From Candidatus Latescibacterota bacterium (GTDB lineage Bacteria > Latescibacterota > UBA2968 > GCA-2709665), in contig CAXXXF010000006.1 of NCBI GenBank assembly GCA_963667175.2, positions 544,001 to 608,000 of the forward strand: a stretch of 64,000 nucleotides of DNA. The letters run 5' to 3'. The translations under genes and the position numbers were made by a program. Positions within the stretch are counted from its first letter, which is position 1; every line of letters begins with the position of its first letter. The notes under the pieces were generated by a model. The model was given only the letters and a program-made list of their open reading frames with translations. It ran no database searches and was not told the origin of the DNA. Below, in pieces: positions 59,609 through 64,000 of the stretch.

Positions 59609-60454
59609 CTACGTGACAAGATCAAACGGCAAGTCTGCAATATCTCGGAGACGATTGCCGATAATCATCGTATCCAAAGAATCCTGGACGGCTTCGTTTC
59701 GACTCTCTTTGGTGACCTTCACAAGTTCATTAAGGCAGAAGTGGTAGACACAATCGATATCGCCGGTTCCCAATGCGAGAGACGCGATTCGGGTTGGCAT
59801 TGGTTCGGCCGTCACCACGGCGATATGGGGGGTGTGCCCTTTACGGTTACGTATCAGGTTCAAGCCTTCCGTTCGGGCATTCTGCGACCGATCACTTCGA
59901 AGAGTCAATTTGCACGAAATGCTCGCGTGCAGTATTGGAGACGCTTCTTCCTGATTTGTCCGACGTAGCGGCGTCAAGTACGGGATGCCACCCTCGTGTA
60001 CGATTACCCAATGCTTGTTTATCGCCTCGTCTGCAACAGGTGTGCGCGCAACGATGACCTCGGGCTTGACGACATAATCACCAAGGGCCGTCTGAGCCAC
60101 CTTATTGGCTTGGATCAGTTCATTCAGGGTAGCCAAATGTCGGTATTGCACGAATTCCGATATATCGCCGTGCACAGAATAAATCCAATCCGCTGGACGA
60201 AGATGTTCGAGGACTTTCATGGTTGATTTAATGAATTCCCGTACTGCCGCTTCAAACTTGCTCCCGGCGGTTTGACCGCTTATTCTGGTGCTCCCAAGCG
60301 AATAGCCAAATTCCTCAATGATCCCGCGCGCCAACGAACAACTGAGATTGCTGCTGGTGTCGGCAATGCTCGGGGTTCGATCTCTTTTCAAGAATATCGC
60401 TCCAGAACAGACTTGCCGTTGAAATTGCTCGCGCAGTTTTGCGATTTCAGCCAT
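59609..60454 (-). CDS. NgoMIV-family type II restriction endonuclease
   Basis: GQTAGSKFE, LHASISCKLTLRSDRSQNARTEGLNLIRNRKG.TPHI..VTAEP.P.RIASLALGTGDIDCVYH. Confidence 0.9.
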   Translation of the reverse strand: MAEIAKLREQFQRQVCSGAIFLKRDRTPSIADTSSNLSCSLARGIIEEFGYSLGSTRISGQTAGSKFEAAVREFIKSTMKVLEHLRPADWIYSVHGDISEFVQYRHLATLNELIQANKVAQTALGDYVVKPEVIVARTPVADEAINKHWVIVHEGGIPYLTPLRRTNQEEASPILHASISCKLTLRSDRSQNARTEGLNLIRNRKGHTPHIAVVTAEPMPTRIASLALGTGDIDCVYHFCLNELVKVTKESRNEAVQDSLDTMIIGNRLRDIADLPFDLVT

Positions 60455-60459
60455 CAGAT

Positions 60460-61896
60460 TCAGCCTTTATTGGGTTTGATGTAGCCAATAACATATTCCT
60501 GGTGCATACGCTGTTGAATTTGTGACGATTTATCGAGCGTGGCGCTCGCAGGGAGCATGCGCCGATTCCTGTCTAGTTTTCTGATCCCGATCGCAGGAAC
60601 GTCGAATCCGATTGACCGGCCAATATCGGCCAGACAGTCAGCCGTCTCCGTATCTCGACCGCGCATTATGGAACTTCCAACAACGACGATGGCCGCCTTG
60701 CCGGGCCGAAGGACGCGATGCATCTCGCGAAGAACTCTGGTCATCTCCGAGTAGTATCGGTGCAGTACTCTACCCTTCTTCGCATCGCGTTTGGCGACGT
60801 CATTGACAACGCCAAGTGTATGGGAGGGAAGGGTCTCCAACACCAAACCAGTAGTTGCCTCACCTCCGATAGTCTGACTGCGCCTGTGGCCAAGATCTTT
60901 CACCGAGAAGCCCATCCACACCAGCGAGAATTTGTGGGCGCGCATATAGTCAATCGCATTCGACGCATATGGCGGTGAGGTGACAATTAGATTGACACAA
61001 TTGTCGCATAGAGGTAATCTTTGCGCGTCACCGTGCTCGATGACAGGCTGTTGAAGATCACGGTCCAGTTCTGGAAGTTGGGCTAAATTTCTCCTGAACC
61101 GCTGGTGAAATTCTCCAAATGGCGACCGCAATTGCTTGGATATGAATCGGAGTCGAGGACGCTGCTGATCCAGTTGCTCCTTACCACAGAGGAGTTCGCC
61201 CTTCGTATCGTACACCACCTTCGCTCGATGCGGACGGGTGTGTGCCAGGTCCAGCGCGAGCGAGACACCGCCTGACTTTGTGATGATGATCGCGGAAAAA
61301 ACGACTTCGAAGAACGCAGCGAGGGCTTCGACAGAACTTGACCGGATGTCAGATCCTGACGGGATCCGACGAATCTCCGACATCAGCGAGGCCAGATCCC
61401 TCTGAGTGGCACGGTCAAACCAATAATCGACAAATCTGGACGTATTTGCGTCCCAGTCTCGATGACAGGCCTTTCTTTGACGCTCACGTCGATCATCCGA
61501 AAATAACGCTACTCTGTTGAGGATAGCATTACCCACTCGAATGACTTCGCGATGATCAACCGACGTCGACTTTGACTTCGCGATCAGTACCGCCAGCGGG
61601 TCCGTGTCGAATCCTACAGGCTTCCGGTTCGCCAGGAGTGCTTCGACAAGCGTCGTGCCGGAACCCATCATGGGATCGAGCACCGCATCTCCGGGTTCCG
61701 TCAGGGCATTGATGAATTTCCGAGGCAGTTGCGGCGGAAACTTGGCCGGAAATGCATGAAATTGGTGAGACGCATAGTTGCTGTTATCCGAATGGAAATC
61801 GAGATCCTCCGCCAGCAGCGCAATGAGTTTCTCGCGGGTCGTTCCGTCTATGTTTCCACGCGTTTCGGAAAATATGGAAAGCTGTGAGGCCTGCAT
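60460..61896 (-). CDS. amino-DNA methyltransferase (SPPY, probable m4C)
   Basis: HAFPAKFPP, VLDPMMGSGTT, IVTSPPY, RVLRPG. Confidence 0.88.
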   Translation of the reverse strand: MQASQLSIFSETRGNIDGTTREKLIALLAEDLDFHSDNSNYASHQFHAFPAKFPPQLPRKFINALTEPGDAVLDPMMGSGTTLVEALLANRKPVGFDTDPLAVLIAKSKSTSVDHREVIRVGNAILNRVALFSDDRRERQRKACHRDWDANTSRFVDYWFDRATQRDLASLMSEIRRIPSGSDIRSSSVEALAAFFEVVFSAIIITKSGGVSLALDLAHTRPHRAKVVYDTKGELLCGKEQLDQQRPRLRFISKQLRSPFGEFHQRFRRNLAQLPELDRDLQQPVIEHGDAQRLPLCDNCVNLIVTSPPYASNAIDYMRAHKFSLVWMGFSVKDLGHRRSQTIGGEATTGLVLETLPSHTLGVVNDVAKRDAKKGRVLHRYYSEMTRVLREMHRVLRPGKAAIVVVGSSIMRGRDTETADCLADIGRSIGFDVPAIGIRKLDRNRRMLPASATLDKSSQIQQRMHQEYVIGYIKPNKG

Positions 61897-62134
61897 ATCC
61901 TGAGTCTTTTCAATCGTTCAGAAACGGTCCCATGAAAGAATATCTGCCGCAACGGTTCGGACCGACCGATAGTTCGATACAGCTGGTGGAGTTACGTACG
62001 CACGACTAATATAGTGATATTTTGTTCACTATGCAAGATGGCGTCGTACCTTTCATGTGATAGTCTGTTACAGACCTTCCGGTCGGATCCGGCCGATCCG
62101 GTTCATCTGAACATCGATCATAGGCAGACGATAT

Positions 62135-62168
62135 ACAGTATTTCTTGTGGTTTCACAAGAAATCCCAT
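62135..62168. promoter_or_regulatory. third, degenerate tandem dyad operator
   Basis: ACAGtatttcTTGT-ggtttc-ACAAgaaatcCCAT. The reverse complement of the first box matches ACAAGAAATATTGT at 13/14. Confidence 0.55.
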
Positions 62169-62203
62169 TCCAGGCGGGAGTGTGATGGTATTCCGTCCGA
62201 CAG

Positions 62204-62232
62204 TTGACAGCCGGATGCGACTGCAATATACT
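62204..62232 (+). promoter_or_regulatory. sigma-70 promoter of the thermonuclease gene
   Basis: TTGACA-N17-TATACT. Confidence 0.75.
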
Positions 62233-62272
62233 GTTGCGTTTGCGTTTCTCAAGCCATTTCCCGGAGCACGCT

Positions 62273-62671
62273 ATGGTAGGGGTTCTCGTCTTTCTCGCGC
62301 TGATATCAACCGCTGAAGGCAACCCGTCGATGTCCGCCAGGCACGTGGCGACCGTCGTTTCCGTCTACGACGGCGACACCATCACGGTTGACGTGGTCCT
62401 CTGGCCTGGCCTGACCTGGCGCGGAAAGGTACGGGTGCGAGGCGTGGATACGCCGGAGATTCAGACGAAGAGCAAGAAGGAAAAAAGGCGGGCGCTGCTG
62501 GCACGTGATTTTGTGCGGCAACGGATCGGAAAGACCGTTTATCTGGAAAACGTGAAACTGGGCAACTTCGCGGGGCGGGTGGTGGCGACCGTCCGGCTTC
62601 AGGACGGATCAGACCTCGCGAAGGTGTTGATCCGTGCGGGGCACGGAAAGGCGTACAAGCGGAGACGATAA
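62273..62671 (+). CDS. thermonuclease (SNase-like) family protein with signal peptide
   Basis: VYDGDTI, VRVRGVDTPE, GRVVA, LIRAGHG. Confidence 0.88.
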   Translation: MVGVLVFLALISTAEGNPSMSARHVATVVSVYDGDTITVDVVLWPGLTWRGKVRVRGVDTPEIQTKSKKEKRRALLARDFVRQRIGKTVYLENVKLGNFAGRVVATVRLQDGSDLAKVLIRAGHGKAYKRRR

Positions 62672-62760
62672 AAAAAGGAAGAAGGAAAAACGAAGAAGGA
62701 AGAAGGAAAAACGAAGAACGAAGACTTCTCGGTAACTCTTCCTTCTTACTTCCCGTTTTC
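62671..62760 (+). repeat. purine heptamer array with pyrimidine counter-arm
   Basis: GAAGGAA/AAACGAA repeats followed by CTCTTCCTTCTTACTTCC between convergent genes. Confidence 0.65.
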
Positions 62761-62781
62761 AATGAGCCCGGCGCGTGGTTT

Positions 62782-63525
62782 TTACTTGAGAGAGATGATG
62801 TCGCGCTGTGACGGGGTGAGGCGGTCCGCGAAGCCGGGACTGAACCGCAGATGCTGCCCGCCCCAATCGGGCATATAGCCGATGCTGTAACAATAGTAGA
62901 GCGAGCGGCGCGGGCGGCCGGACACGTTCACCGTGGACCCGTGGGTGAGCGCTTCGGTAAACAGGATGGCATCGCCGGCGCGCGCCGGAACCGGCTGTAA
63001 GGGAGGATTCTCGTCCGGGTGGCCTCCCCAGGGTCTCGCGAAATTGCTCTTGTGCGCGCCCGGGATCACCGCGAAGCAGCCGTCTTTGGGCCCGCAGTCG
63101 ATCATCGGGAAGACCGCCTTGGTCAGCGTGGAGACCATCTGTCCGTTGCGGCAGTGGTACTGGCATTTCGGAAGGATCGGCGTGCCGTGCATGTGCATCC
63201 CGGTATAGCCCCCGCCCCAGCGATAGATCGTGTAGGTGTGGTTCAGACGAAAGGGCCCGCCGGTGACGCATTCGACGGCGTCCAGCATTTCGGGAAGTTC
63301 CATGAGCGGCAGAAATACGTCGTCGCCCTCGATGACGTTCGAAATATACAGGTTTTCCGGGCTGCGTACCTGGCCCAGGACCAGCGGCGGCGGGTATTCC
63401 GCCGGGTCCATCGCCTCGAACCGGTCCAGCGCGGCGTTGCAAGCCGCCACCCTTTCCGGCGGGACGACCTGCTCCAGAACAATGTAACCCTGCAGGTCGA
63501 ACAGGTATTTCTGCTCCTGAGTCAT
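62782..63525 (-). CDS. phytanoyl-CoA dioxygenase (PhyH) family protein
   Basis: FDLQGYIVL, IPGAHKS, AGDAILFTEALTHG, RRSL. Confidence 0.88.
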   Translation of the reverse strand: MTQEQKYLFDLQGYIVLEQVVPPERVAACNAALDRFEAMDPAEYPPPLVLGQVRSPENLYISNVIEGDDVFLPLMELPEMLDAVECVTGGPFRLNHTYTIYRWGGGYTGMHMHGTPILPKCQYHCRNGQMVSTLTKAVFPMIDCGPKDGCFAVIPGAHKSNFARPWGGHPDENPPLQPVPARAGDAILFTEALTHGSTVNVSGRPRRSLYYCYSIGYMPDWGGQHLRFSPGFADRLTPSQRDIISLK

Positions 63526-63573
63526 TTCGCCTCCATATTCACCGATTCAATCCACGTACAAATGGGGAATCCG

Positions 63574-64000
63574 ATGTCCAATCCGAACGTTCAACCGCTC
63601 GCGCAGGATTTCGTCATTGCCGCGCGCGTGCCCGATCCAGTGCGGTATTTCTTCCACGACCCCGACCTCACGCGCCTGGACGACGGCACGCTGCTGCTGG
63701 CCGCGCCGCAGTGGCGCCGCCCGGGCTGGGATTACTCCCGCCGTCTGCGACTCCTGCGTAGCGACGACGGTGGTCGAACGTGGGAAGAACTGCCCGGGCT
63801 GCCCTATGAAGAGGCCACCCCCTTCGTGCTGGACGGGCGACTCCTCATGTTCGTCCAGGAAAAATGCCACAAGGACTTCCTCATTGTGGCCAGCGACGAC
63901 AAGGGCGAAAGCTGGACCGACCCCGTAACCGTGATTAAAGGGCCCATCTGGAATATCTCCACGTCCCGTGTCCTGCGCCCCGAGGCGCTCTACTGGGCAA
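63574..64000 (+). CDS. sialidase/BNR Asp-box protein (partial, runs off window)
   Basis: My own translation shows 'RSDDGGRTW' and 'ASDDKGESW' Asp-boxes and no stop before the window end. Confidence 0.75.
   Translation, partial: MSNPNVQPLAQDFVIAARVPDPVRYFFHDPDLTRLDDGTLLLAAPQWRRPGWDYSRRLRLLRSDDGGRTWEELPGLPYEEATPFVLDGRLLMFVQEKCHKDFLIVASDDKGESWTDPVTVIKGPIWNISTSRVLRPEALYWA

Noticed and set aside
61945-61965. Sigma-54-like site upstream of the MTase
   Set aside because: Spacing is GG-N11-GC, not the required N10.

Overview
GC-rich bacterial chromosomal window. The dockerin-like GDFDGDGxVxFxDF tails, enolase-superfamily, Gfo/Idh/MocA and PhyH genes and many REP-like repeats recall Latescibacterota/Gemmatimonadota-type genomes, but this is inference only. 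Bases 1-25.4 kb are mostly metabolic genes: DUF4954, nagB, ACP, a Re-citrate synthase-like enzyme, mqnB/mqnD, a tandem queF pair and kbl. They are interrupted at 8.8-11.4 kb by a small decayed islet with a RelE TA pair, an IS1595 remnant and a PLD-helicase remnant. Bases 25.8-40.4 kb are repeat-rich, with tandemly duplicated promoter+small TM/coiled-coil gene modules, two beta-repeat dockerin-like proteins and an S8 protease. The main discovery is a defence island at about 44.1-62.7 kb. It carries the operon DUF4258 - UPF1-like SF1 helicase - wHTH protein - double-HKD PLD - [HsdM-like with VPPW in place of NPPY/F + TRD + STAND-like ATPase] fusion - second ATPase, in which the last five genes are translationally coupled. 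An Abi-alpha-like gene and a CARF-domain sigma-54 activator follow. The sequence also shows the probable wiring. A perfect sigma-54 -24/-12 promoter precedes the operon, and one tandem ACAA-N6-TTGT dyad operator occurs upstream of that promoter, at the activator gene and (degenerate) upstream of an adjacent NgoMIV-type RM pair. No rRNA, tRNA or CRISPR array was recognised. All family calls come from motif recognition, not database searches.
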